Translations under genes and position numbers: made by a program
In this document: positions 1 through 12,769 of the stretch, one piece after another
Layout of the letters: each line of letters begins with the position of its first letter
Position numbering within the stretch: the first letter of the stretch is position 1
Notes under the pieces: model-generated
Seen by the model: only the letters and a program-made list of their open reading frames with translations
Told to the model about the DNA's origin: nothing
The model's database searches: none
NCBI RefSeq assembly: GCF_006345805.1
Contig: NC_043001.1
Coordinates: forward strand, 86,490,001 to 86,554,000
DNA: 64,000 nt
Reading direction: 5' to 3'
Source: Octopus sinensis
Lineage: Eukaryota

Positions 1-269
1 GGCCAGAGTCCCTCAAGCTCGCAATATATTGTAAACAAAGCGACCATCGGTCACTGATTTGCAACAATAGCGCAACCAACACATCAATTCAACCATATAT
101 TTACAAACACCGAGAACTCTCTTAACTCAAAAAGTCATGTCGCTTTTTTTAGTGAACGGCTTGAACTCCCTAAAGAACTTAAATAAAACTCAAAGAAAAT
201 ATACATAAAGAGAGAAAAAAATGGGAGGAGAGACAGAGACAGACAAAACTAATATTGTGTATCGTTTAC

Positions 270-780
270 AAAACAGGAACTTTCTTTAACACTGCCTGAT
301 TCCAATATCCAACAATACTATAAAAAGAAAAGTTGTAAAAAGAAACATCGTCGATAATTTTGAGTTGATATTTCACTGTTAGTGATATCCAAAATATTCT
401 CTGTAGAGTGAGATCTGCTTTTCGACAAAATACGTCACTGACTTTGAAGGCCACGAGTATATGATATCGCATTTAAAATGGTGGAGTAGTCATGTTTTGT
501 AAAACGCCAGCAACAACTTTAATTAACTTTTAGGAAACAATTTTAACAACGATACAGATTTATGGACGACATGAAAACTCATCAGAGATTTGTCCCAACA
601 TATAAACAAAACACAATTTGAAACCTCAAATTTTCACAGAAGTTCTAGGCCCCGCAAATTTCTAATCTATGATGAGGAACAAAATTCTATAACAGTGCTG
701 ACATTGAATTTCAAGCACTAGCCATGAGAACTTTTTGACACAAGATCCCTAATTTATGTATCTATACTCTAGCGTAGTGA
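270..780 (+). mobile_element. Highly decayed Penelope-like RT remnant
   Basis: Fragments RFMDDMK and DEEQNSITVL resemble PLE RT motifs (RYVDD, EEENNSIPFLD); many stops. Confidence 0.3.
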
Positions 781-871
781 TTGCAGTTAGTGACTATCGC
801 TTTGTATCACCTAGTCTCTGTCTCCCTATTCCAACATCACTATGGTTGTATAGCAATCAGTTTGTTTTTAT

Positions 872-909
<38 letters not shown>

Positions 910-1328
910 TAAGATTGTTCTGTATATCAAGTTTTGGTCTTGATATTAACTCTGACGCGCACTCTTCACCTTTCTGTCCCATCCCTATTCTTTGATTTTC
1001 TTTTTCCTCTACTTAACTTGTCTCTTCCTCTCTCTCTCTCATTCTTCACTCTCTCTCTCCCCCTCATCATTCTTCATGGTTTCCTCGCAGCCATTCCCCT
1101 TCTTCTCTCCCTTCCTCTTGCTCCTCTCCCCCCTTCCGGTCGTCCACCCGCGACGATACTTCCGCTCTGACTGTCTTTCTGGCCTGGCCTTTCAAGGTAA
1201 CTGGACGACTTTCTTCCTGCTCCCCTGTCGTTCACAAAAAATTCTGCGTTTGCAATACTTTTTTCGTTCGGCGTCAACAGCCCTTCTTATCTTGTTTTTC
1301 TTATCTTGTCATTATCTTCTTATCTTGT

Positions 1329-1580
1329 CATTATATAATTAGGGCTTAGTAAAATACTCACGAAGGTATGGAAACGTTAACGTTCTCAAATAATCTTTGT
1401 ACTTGTGATATTTTTCTGTTTTTACCTCCATACCTTCATGAGTTATTTTGAGTAAACATTATCTGAGAGAAATTTTCTTTAAGTAGTGGAAATGACTAAA
1501 AAACCTTTTTTGGCTGCTATTTCTAGAAAGTTCAGTATGTGGCAAAGTAATTTATTTTACTAAGCCCTAATTATATAATG
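1329..1580. mobile_element. Unclassified MITE-like element with perfect 27-bp TIRs
   Basis: cattatataattagggcttagtaaaat (1329-1355) is the reverse complement of 1554-1580. Confidence 0.75.
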
Positions 1581-1935
1581 TAATATTTTGAATTCGCCTT
1601 AAATGGTCATTTTACATACTGAATACTTGGTGAAATTGATTAATAACTAATTAATTTTACCCTCAATTGTTGATATTATAATTCATTTCTCTCTGTCATA
1701 TTGCCTCGGTTCTCACCGTTAAAATATAATGTTTGCTAGATAACCCACGTGGGTGGAAGGGGAGAGCAGGGAATCTTCGCTTTCACATTTTGAATTTGTT
1801 GGTACTGGCAGTCTGAACGGGTCATCTGAGGTGATAAGTCGCCAAAGGGTATGTTCTTTCTTTTTAGTGCTTCCAAATCCAAAATAAGAAATGTTGAGCT
1901 GACGAAAGAAATGCTGAGTTTATTTGGCTAATCTA

Positions 1936-2143
1936 GAAACGTTAACGTTCTCAAATAATCTTTGTACTTGTGATATTTTTCTGTTTTTACCTCCATACCT
2001 TCGTGAGTTATTTTGAGTAAACATTATCTGAGAGAAATTTTCTTTAAGTAGTGGAAATGGCTAAAAAACCTTTTTTGGCTGCTATTTCTAGAAAGTTCAG
2101 TATGTGGCAAAGTAATTTATTTTACTAAGCCCTAATTATATAA
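1936..2143. repeat. Near-identical partial copy of 1371-1579
   Basis: About 205 bp direct repeat with 2 substitutions seen. Confidence 0.85.
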
Positions 2144-2153
2144 TATATATATC

Positions 2154-2184
<31 letters not shown>

Positions 2185-2297
2185 TTATAGACACATACAC
2201 ACGCTGTAGTTCTATCGCCATTACCGCTTCTCTCTCTCTCTCTATATATATATATATCACTATGGTTATACAGTAAATAACTATACATACATACATG

Positions 2298-2346
<49 letters not shown>

Positions 2347-2519
2347 TCAGGCAACATTTAATCTTTCATTTGTCATCAATGAGAGGCCATTCACGTAAAG
2401 TGGCTTGAAATATTCATCAATTTAACACAACAAATTTCCTAGAACACAGTACGCTAACAATTTGCGTTGTGTGGTCAATAAAACACAAGCAATTGAAGAT
2501 TATATTGGTGATCATGGAT

Positions 2520-2850
2520 CTCGGAGATCCATCACCCGTCGTTGGACGATGACGATTCAATTGTTCGATCAAGTGAATTAAGGTATAAGTGGCTTGAGCA
2601 TTCCACAGACATGTGTATCCTTAACGCAATTCTCTGACAGAATCAGCTTGATATAGTATGCGACAAGGTTGTACTTTTGAATTACAGGAACAATCTATCC
2701 AACGGGATTATATACAGTTGTTGTCAACTCAGCTTTACTCATAAGATATTGATAAATCCGAAGTCATAGAATATAACGCTTGATCAATATACTACGCAAT
2801 GGAATCGAACCTAGGCCCTCGTGGTTGAGCAGCAGCATTGCTGGTTTTGC
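2520..2850 (-). mobile_element. Decayed tRNA-derived SINE
   Basis: B-box-like ggttcgattcc on the minus strand near 2800; body resembles a recalled cephalopod SINE. Confidence 0.4.
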
Positions 2851-3523
2851 TGAGTATTACTCTAGATAGACGGAACTATATTTATAAAATTGTTTCAAAC
2901 GGATATTTCAAACCCGTAATGTAATCCTTAGTCTATTTTTTATTATATGTACGATCCCTCCAATAGGACTGCACACAAATTGTGTTTACTAAATCTCATT
3001 CATAATCCTTTATAATAATAACAACAATAATAATAATTTCTAACTTGCCAATTGGTACAAGGTCAATAGATTTGTAAAGAAATGAAGGGAGTTGATTAAA
3101 TTGCTCCCAGTGAAAGATGAAAGGCAACTTAATGCCAGCACCACCACCACGACCACTACCTCTCTATTGAATTTCAATCTTCGGACCGACTTGATGCTAT
3201 AACAGAAGACACTTACTCAAGATATATAAAACGATCACACATGATTTCAAAGCGAGCTCCTTAGCTATTCAGTCATGCCTGCACCCTAAACACCAAATAC
3301 ATAGATAATCAATCCAGATAAGAGCGACATTGGGTCATGCCGACGATCTTAGATAACGGTGAAGTGACGCTATACATGGCTCCCTATGGCGAGAAAATCT
3401 TTGCAGTGAATACAAAAAGAAAAATATTTAATTATGTATATTCTGTGCTTCTCTAATACGCTTCGATTCAAACATTTAAACTTTTAACCTGCTATGATTA
3501 ATCTAGAAGTGATTACCTCCTTT

Positions 3524-3692
3524 CACTAGCCTAGCTAGAGTTTGTGCCGCCCGGGGCGGCCCTTCAGTTTGCCGCCCTTGGGATCCCACAAAAAAAAACA
3601 TTGCCGACAGCAGGCCCAAAAGTGGTGTCACCTCCATAAAAGTGCTGCGAGGAGCGAAATCGCCCCATCCGCCACCTCTAGCTACGCTAGTG
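3524..3692. mobile_element. hAT-type MITE
   Basis: 17-bp TIRs cactagc(c/g)tagctagag with 1 mismatch; 8-bp TSD cctccttt/tctccttt; GC-rich interior. Confidence 0.8.
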
Positions 3693-3859
3693 TCTCCTTT
3701 ACAATAACTGCTGTCAAAGTACACGACGTACATTTATATTTAAACTTTGTCTTAGTATGCTAATTTCCTTCAATCAAACCAAAGAACAAAAAGCTGTGAA
3801 ACACCCAATAAACTCATATTACATGATTGTTGCTGATGACGTTAGCATCTCCACTATTA

Positions 3860-4130
3860 AGGTGGCGAGCTGGCAGAAACATTAGCACGTCGGGCGAAAT
3901 ACGTAGCTGTATTTCGTCTGCCGTTACATTCTGAGTTCAAATTCCGCTGAGGTCGACTTTGCCCTTCATCCTTTCGGGGTCGATAAATTAAGTACCAGTT
4001 ACGCACTGGGATCGATATAATCGACTTAATCCGTCTATCTGTCTTTGTTTGTTCCCTGAGGTCGATGAAATCGACTAATCCCCTCCCCAAAAAAATTTCA
4101 GGCCTCGTGCGTTTAGTAGAAAAGATTATT
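3860..4130 (+). mobile_element. tRNA-derived SINE family A
   Basis: Head ggcgagctggcagaaac, B box gttcaaattcc, central gcc(c/t)ttcatcctttcggggtcgataa (Meta/CORE-type domain, inferred). Confidence 0.85.
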
Positions 4131-4373
4131 TGAAATGGAAGTACCATATAATTATATAGGAGTATCAAAGGAAATAGCGAAGGTCTGATCATTTCTCGGA
4201 TCACTGTAACACCCCAGTAAATATCAACTAGATAATGTGGCATTTCTTGGATATGTGTTCATTTCCTGTCGGCGTATCTAAAGATAAAACAAAAGTCTGA
4301 ATATCTCTATGGGTTGCTTTAAACTGACCAGTCGGTATCAACTAGTTAGTTAATACATATTACGTAATATTCG

Positions 4374-4769
4374 TTTCTACTCTAGGCACAAGGCTCGAAA
4401 TTTTTGGAGAGGGGGCAGTCGATTAGATTGACCCCAGTACGCTACTGGTACTTAATTTATGGACCTCAAAAGGATGAAAGACAAAGTCCACCTCGGCGGA
4501 ATTTGAGCTCAAAACGTAAAAGCAGACGAAATACCTATTTCTTTACTACCCACAAGGAGCTAAACACAGAGAGGACAAACAAGGACAGACAAACGGATGA
4601 AGTCGATTATATCGACCACGGTGCGTAATTGGAGCTTTATTTATCGACCCCGAAAGGATGAAAGGCAAAGTCGACCTCGACGGAATTTGAACTTAGAACA
4701 TAACGGCAGACGAAATACCGCTAAGCATTTCGCCCGGCGTGCTAACGATTCTGCCAGCTCGCCGCCTTA
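4374..4769 (-). mobile_element. SINE family A multimer
   Basis: Reverse-complement head at 4769; two central domains. Confidence 0.85.
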
Positions 4770-5094
4770 CTTATTATGTAATATTACAATATCTTGGACT
4801 GTGTCATATAAGTCAAGGACCAAAATCAACGGGTTGATTCGGGAATACTTATTTTAATCAGATTATCTGATAGGACGCCTTGCTTCTAACTACTATTATT
4901 ACAAGATCACGGGTTAACAAGATACACGCTCAAGTTGACAAAGTATTTAACCAGAGTTTAAGAAAGTTTAGGATATTTTTACAAAAACAAAAGTTTCCAG
5001 TAACTGGTTTACTGAATCAATTAAAAGAAGGGTTAAATGAATACAGGATTTGGTCGTTAGGAATACAAAAATATATCAGACAGCTACTGGCGAG

Positions 5095-5345
5095 ATTCGC
5101 TGAGGAATTCAGTATTAGGGCCATAAGAGAGAAAATTTCGCCGGACGAAATGCGTAGCCATATTTCGTCTGCCGTTACGTTCTGAGTTCAAATTCCGCCG
5201 AGGTCGACTTTGCCTTTCATCCTTTCGGGGTCGATAAATTAAGTACCAGTTACGCACTGGGGTCGATATAATCGACTTAATCCGTCTGTCTGTCTTTGTT
5301 TGTTCCCTCTATGTTTAGCCCCTTGTGGGCTATAAAGAAATATAT
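5095..5345 (+). mobile_element. SINE family A
   Basis: Same B box and central domain. Confidence 0.85.
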
Positions 5346-5977
5346 AAGAGAGAAAATTCGTAGAAAGGTTTAGAAAAGATTTTTAAGATAGCAAAATCAC
5401 TATTTTAATGTCGAAACCACGCTGGTTAAGCTGCTTAATTAATAATGGCCAAATGAGGTTACCGAAAGTCATACGCTGAGTATGAAAAACAGTACCATCT
5501 GTCTTTCACAAACCGAATAGAAGCAATTGTGAATTTGGTTGATATAGTGGTGCGCCAACACGTATTATACTAGCAAACCATACCAACAACCAATAGTGGA
5601 GTATCACACCAAATGGAAATTTGGAGCAACAGCAGCAACAACAACAACATCAGTAGCAACAGACGAAAGAGAAAAATGTGATGTGGAAAAATTTAAGAAC
5701 TTTGTTGATGGAAGCAAATACAATAATACTAGAAAGGTTCGGGAGGTTTGTATATGTTAATAAAATTAAATACTGTAAGACGATACAGAAGTCGTAAGCA
5801 GCAGTTGAAAAACATTATAATGTCGAGGGAATACTTTGAGGAATAAATCTTTAATTCCTGTTATTTAAATCTGCTTTGGGATTGGTATCCTATCAATGAC
5901 TACATTAAAATAAAGTGTACAGTAGCTATTTGAGCTAAAATTAAAGCTATATATTTGCCACACTTGGCATTACAAAA

Positions 5978-6018
5978 ATGAGATTTGTGTTTGTTTCATT
6001 ATTGTTGTTATTCCATTA
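5978..6018 (+). CDS. Candidate first (signal peptide) exon of ITIH-like gene, MRFVFVSLLLLFH(Y)
   Basis: caaaaATG context, hydrophobic run, donor TA|GTGAGT (phase 2). Reads into TAG if unspliced; needs a phase 2->0 exon to join 17096. Confidence 0.35.
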
Positions 6019-6165
6019 GTGAGTGAAGTGACACACACAGCACCGGCAGCTGGAAAAGTGATATATCTTTCAAATCAAATAGCCCAACTACCCGCTGCGT
6101 AAAATACATATCCTTAAGATTTTTTTACACACATGACCAACATTTTTCATCAGTAAAAAGAAAAT

Positions 6166-6201
<36 letters not shown>

Positions 6202-6688
6202 AATAATAATAATAATAATAATATAACACACGCTGCCCCTATCCCAGCACATATCCATACTCACCGAATTAATCATAATTATATCGTTGCTGTTTTTGTA
6301 TATTTTACAATTGATTCTAATGATGGTGTTGTTGAATCTTTAATTCAACATCGTTCTAAAACACGAGACGCACACCGCTTCACCAGAATAAACAAAAGCA
6401 TTTTCAAAAGTTTTTTTTTTTTATGATACCGTTATTATTGTTATTATTGTTAGACTGCCTTCTTTCTCTTCGTCTTCTTTTCCTGCTTCTTTCTCTCATT
6501 CCTGTACTCTATCCTCTTTTAATAATTCATTGTCCTTTTTATTCTTCTTCTTCCTCGTTGTCTTTTTATCCTTATTCTATCATTATTTCTGGGGTCGATG
6601 TAATCGACTATCCCACTTCCCACAAATTTAGGGCCTTGTGCTTATATAAGAAAAGATTATCATAACTATTATTATTATTATTATTATT

Positions 6689-7233
6689 GAGTGAGAGAGC
6701 AGTTCATGCCATCAAAGTGACACTGGGGTAAAATATACGAAGCCCAATATACCCTCATGACTACCGTCTGATAAAGGTACACCAGGCACATGCATCACAA
6801 CCATATTGCGCGATATGGTGATCTCATATCAAGATAACAGCACATGACCTTGCAGGTGGGGCCCAGTTAGAATTTTCTTCAGGTTGAGTAGCCCATCCCG
6901 CTCAAACGGTCCTGAATAAGGTTCTTTAAGGATGTTTTGAAAGAACCACCCATTTTCCAGAGGTGACATTCAAACCCCAAAGAATCCCTCTCAACACATG
7001 GCTATGAGCTCCCCACTACTTCTGCGCTCGTGATCAGAGATGCACATATCGTCAGCCACTAAGGGACATGCTCAACTGTTTAAGGTCAAACAACTGACAA
7101 GCAATCTGTGGTATTGCAGAATATTTGCTGTCCCTCTTTATACAGACAAAACAATGTACATTATAACACTTCCAATCATTAAGATCAGAAGCCATGATAG
7201 CCCCTGCCTGTACTGCATCAGATTATTATTTAA

Positions 7234-7266
<33 letters not shown>

Positions 7267-7840
7267 TATTATTATTATTATTATTATTGATCGAGAGAGC
7301 AGTGCATGCCATCAAAGTGACATTGGGGAAAATATTACGAAGCCCAGTATATACCCATCATGACTACCCGTCTAGATAAGGGTACATCAGGCACATGCAT
7401 CACAACCATATGTGCGCGATATGGTGATCCCATATGAAGATAAACAGCACATACCTTGCAGGTAGGGCCCAGTTAGAATTTTCTTCTGGTCGAGTAACCC
7501 CATCCCACTCAAAAGGTCCTTGAATAAGGTTATTTAAGGATGTTAAATGAAACAAACCCATGTTTCCAGAGGTAAATTATTCAAACCCCCCAAGAATCCC
7601 CTCTCAACACTGCTATGATGCTCCCAACTACTTCTACTCGTGGTCAGAGATGCATTATCGTCAGCCACTAAGGGACATGCTCAACTGGTTAAGGTCAAAC
7701 AACTGACAAGCAAATCTGTGTTATTGAGCAGATATTTGCTGTAGCCCATCTTTTATACCAAGAAAACAATGTACATGATAACACTTCCAATCAGTTAAGA
7801 TCAGAAGCCATGAGAGCCACGCCTAGTACTGCATCAGGCA
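6689..7840 (-). repeat. Two head-to-tail copies of a ~550-bp retroposon-like repeat, each with an (AAT)n tail
   Basis: 6689-7225 and 7290-7840 align, differing mostly by 1-nt indels. Confidence 0.85.
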
Positions 7841-7978
7841 TTTTATTTTATTATTATTATTATTACTTTTTTTTTTTCTTTCAACATTTCTTCCATTCTT
7901 GCCGAGTGTCCTTCCCGACTCCTAGGCAAAGAACTCATAGTGGTATATTGGTAGCATTAACCAAACTCAGTAGTCGTT

Positions 7979-8012
<34 letters not shown>

Positions 8013-8094
8013 TTTAAATTAAAATACATGACAGCAACAGTTTCTCACATCGACATGCTCTCTCAATACGTGTGATGTCGTACAGTTACGACAT

Positions 8095-8266
8095 AGATTA
8101 TTATTATTATTATTTATTATTATTATTATTAGTTATTATTATTATTATTAGTACTATGATTATTATTTTAATATATCTATATTATTCTGTGTCTCCAGCA
8201 TGGCCACATCAAATGACTGAAACAAATAAAGTGTAAAAGTTAATTATTATTATTATTATTATTATA

Positions 8267-8300
<34 letters not shown>

Positions 8301-8563
8301 TATTATTATTACTATGATTATTATTATTAATATTATCTATATTATTCTGTGCTCCAGCATGGCCACAGTCAAAGGACTGAACAATAAATGTAAAAGGGTA
8401 ATTATTATTTATTATTATTATTAATTATTATATTAATTATTATTATTATTATTATTATTTTATTATTATTATTACATGATTATTATTATTAATTTATCTA
8501 TATTATTCTGTGCTCCAGCATGGCACAGTCAAATGACTGAAACAAATAAAAGTGTAATAATGA

Positions 8564-8634
<71 letters not shown>

Positions 8635-8721
8635 GATTATTATTATTAATATTATCTATATTATTCTGTGCTCCAGCATGGCCACAGTCAAATGACTGAA
8701 ACAAATAAAAGGTAAAGTGTA

Positions 8722-8766
<45 letters not shown>

Positions 8767-8847
8767 ATTATTATTATTATTATTATCATTCTTATTATTG
8801 TTATTATTATATATCATTATTATTATTATATCATTATTATTATTTTA

Positions 8848-8889
<42 letters not shown>

Positions 8890-8940
8890 TATATATTATA
8901 GTATTATTATTATCATTATTATATTGTTATTATTATTATT
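8095..8940. repeat. Minisatellite of a SINE 3' end plus (ATT)n, 4 units
   Basis: tatctatattattctgtg.ctccagcatggc.acagtcaaatgactgaaacaaataaa at about 8174, 8335, 8496 and 8654. Confidence 0.85.
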
Positions 8941-10364
8941 ACCACTGGAGAAATACTACAAGAATCTCTTTTCTTGGAACTAGAATAAGGCAAATCGTAT
9001 TAAAAAACACTTATTCTTCATCACCCTCCCTTTCTCCTCTTGCACTTTTTCATTATTATTATTATTCGCCTCCTTCGCCTCATCACCATCATCATCATCA
9101 TTATTATCACCCTTCGCCTCTTATTTCTTTTTCTATCTTCTCTTTCCTTTTTTCTCGTTCTTGTTGTTGTTGTTCTTTCTCCTCTGTTTTTTCCTCTTAG
9201 TACCCACATTTCCCCCAATCAAAGATGGTGTCACTACAGCTTGTGGTGTTACAAACTTTATTATGTTCACTGGTATACAAAGTGGATGCCGAAACAAATA
9301 CACGCGTAAGTAATATCTATGGATGTGTATCTTTATTCTATATTCATATTTACGTTTATATATTTATATATATATATATATAATAAATATATATATATAT
9401 GTCTGTGTGTGTGTGTGTGTGTTGTGTGTGTGTGTGTGTTTTATATATATATATGTTTAATATATATATATATATATATAATATATATTATATATATATA
9501 TATTTATATTTATATATATATATAATATTTATTTATATATATATATAATTTATTTATATATATATATATATTTATTTTATATATATATATATATATAATA
9601 ATATTATATATATAATATATATATATATAATATATATATATAATATATATATTGGGATGTAATCTATATTTATGATTTATAAAAATAAGTACTGGGATCG
9701 ATTTGTTTGATTAAAACCCTTCCAATCAGTGCTCCAGCGTGGCCGCAGTCCAATGACTGAGACGCGTTAAGATAAAGATAAAAGATATTAAATCCTACAC
9801 ACACACACATACATACACACATACACGTGCGCGTATATATACATACACATATATACATATGCTTATACATAAACACACACATCTATATATGTAATATATG
9901 CATATAGATATGTGTCTTATGTATGTGTATAAGATACAAATCTATACACATGCATATTCATACTATGTAATTATCGCATATATATATATATATATATATT
10001 TATTTTAGTCATCAGACTGCGGCCATGCTGGGGCACCGCCTTGGAGAATCTTTTTTTAGTCTAATGAATCGCCCTAGTACTTATTTAAGAAAAAAAAACC
10101 TTATTCAGTTTCTTTCATCGAAGTGCCAGCTTACAGGAAGATAAACAGACCAACACTAATTTTCAAGCGATGGTGGGATCAAACACAGATACAAAAACAT
10201 ATGCATGTGTATGTGAAGGAGGTATGAATATGTGTGTGTGTGTGTGTGTGTGGCTGTGCGGTAGAAGGCTTGCTTTCCAACAACATTGTTCCGCGTTCAG
10301 TCCCACTGCGTAGCAACTTGACAAGTGTTTTCTAATATAGAATCGGGCTATATTAGACATGTAT

Positions 10365-11075
10365 TCTTTTATTCTTTTTCTTGTTTCAATCATTTGACAG
10401 CGGCCATGCTAGAGCACCGCCTTTAGTCGAACAAATCGACCCCCAGGACTTATATTTTGCGAGCCTAGTACTTATTCTATCGGTCTCTTTTGCCGAACCG
10501 CTAATCTATAGAAGACATAAACGCACCAGTATCGGTTGTCAAGCGATGTTGGAGGGACAGACACAGACACACAAACATACCATATACATATATATACATA
10601 TATATATATATAATATATATCTATATATATATAATCTATATATATATATATGTATATATATATAATATTATATTATAATAATATACTATATATATATATT
10701 ATATAATATATATATATATTATATACATACATACATATATATATATAGATATATATATATATATATATCTATATACACACAGATACATATACATATATAT
10801 ATATACATATATATATCTATATATATAGATATGTATTGGGATATGTATGTGTGTGTGTGTCTGGGTGTGTGTGTTGTGTATACATATGCATATATATATA
10901 TATATTATATATTAGGATTCTATCAGTTTCCGTCTAACAAATACTCACAGGCTTTGGTCGGTCCGTGGCTATAGTAAGAAGACACTAGCCCAGATGCCAC
11001 ACAGTGGACTGAACCCGAACCATGTGCCTGGTACCAAGCTACTTACCACACACCCACTCCGCGCGCCGCCTTGAA
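10365..11075 (-). mobile_element. Long tRNA-derived SINE family C with expanded internal (TA)n
   Basis: Head revcomp ...gtgtggtaagtagcttg...ggttcagtccactg; tail gctctagcatggccgctgtcaaatga. Confidence 0.8.
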
Positions 11076-11329
11076 AATCAAAAGAATCGAGTAGGACTTT
11101 TGATCCTGGTAGATTCCTCAGTTTTGCTGATCCGGTAAGTTACAACATAAACACATCAACACCGGTTCTTAAGGGACAAAGAGGCAAACACACATACATA
11201 TTCTTTTTCTTTTTTACTGGTTTCAGTCATTTGACTGTGGCCATGCTGGAGCACCACCTTTAGTCGAACGAATCGGCCCCAGGACTTATTCTTTGTAAAC
11301 TTAGTACTTATTCTATCGGTTGGTTTTGC

Positions 11330-11900
11330 CGAACTGTCCTATCCGTGATACAGGTATGTGCCAGCGGACACATGTAGCATACCGAATAGAATACAACAAA
11401 TGTAAGGCGTTTTATATAGGCCAAACTTTACATACTTGCATTAAAGAACTTCTCAACACACGCGCATCCTCATTCAAAAAACACATTGATAAATTGAAAA
11501 TACCAACAAGCAAATTAAAGTTACTATGGAAGTCAATGATAGAAATCTCGGCAACTTAAGAATTAAGGAAGCTTTGATTATCTATAAATTAAACCCACAA
11601 ATAAATAACAGATTGAAACTAGGCATGCAATACATAACATGACATACACACACAGGCACATTTGCTAAAGTGGTGATGAAAATTGAATTGTGGACTGATA
11701 AGTTAATAATTGACGTCGCTAACATTCACGGAGAAGAGAACCGCTTGAAAATTCAAATATAATCATAGAATTATTTTATCTCCTACAAAAAACATCTTAC
11801 CAAGAACAGTTCCTTTTTAATACTCAAGGAGGGACTTGTATGTCCCGAAATATTGGATACATATAAGACCAAAGATTACCAGGTGACTTAATTTTAGTTT
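11330..11900 (+). mobile_element. Penelope-like GIY-YIG remnant with downstream pseudo-LTR
   Basis: VAYRIEYNKCKAFYIGQT fits the PLE GIY-YIG pattern; degenerate hammerhead at 11823-11854. Confidence 0.7.
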
Positions 11901-11955
11901 ACGTTACCTCATCTTAAAATCTGTTTGTATAATTTGGCCTTTTAAATCTTTCAAC

Positions 11956-12001
<46 letters not shown>

Positions 12002-12044
12002 TAATATATATATATAACACACACCCACATACACAAACATACAT

Positions 12045-12058
12045 ACAGATAGATAGAC

Positions 12059-12107
<49 letters not shown>

Positions 12108-12200
12108 TAATAGATAGATAGATAGAATAGATAGATAGATAGAGATAGATAGATAGATAGATAGATATATAGACAGATAGATAGAGAGAGATAGATGATA

Positions 12201-12253
<53 letters not shown>

Positions 12254-12262
12254 AGATAGATA
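12045..12262. repeat. (GATA)n microsatellite
   Basis: Direct reading. Confidence 0.95.
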
Positions 12263-12661
12263 AACTTACTTGGAAATAATAATATAAATTATATATATAT
12301 GTATTGGTATTCCTTTTTATATATATATACCAATATATATATATAAATACATATACGTATGTGCATACATATATATATGTGTATATATGGGTACAGGTAC
12401 ATGTATGCATATATGGAACGACAATATGAGACTTCGAAGGCAGTTACTCCTGCAGTCGTTCAATGCTCGAAATGAGTAGATCGACAGCCGATAACAGGTG
12501 AAGGGTCGTTCTTTGTGTTACTTGTCTTGTTTTCCAGTTGTTTCTCTCGTTATCTACGAATCCAACTTTGTTTTCGTATTTCATGTTGTTAACGTTTTGT
12601 GACGTCCTGTACCCATATATACATATACATGTATTATGTACATATATGTATGTATATATGC

Positions 12662-12745
<84 letters not shown>

Positions 12746-12769
12746 ATGTGTATGTATATATGTGTCGTG

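Noticed and set aside
4880-5185. 101-aa ORF
   Set aside because: Runs into a SINE head; no splice or homology support.
5550-5746. Open frame ending KVRE|GTTTGT as a possible phase-0 upstream exon
   Set aside because: No ATG, poor acceptor, weak donor and no ITIH or signal-peptide similarity.
8095-8720. CRISPR-like repeat/spacer appearance
   Set aside because: The spacers are (ATT)n rather than unique sequence, the repeat is a SINE terminus, the context is eukaryotic, and no cas genes are present.
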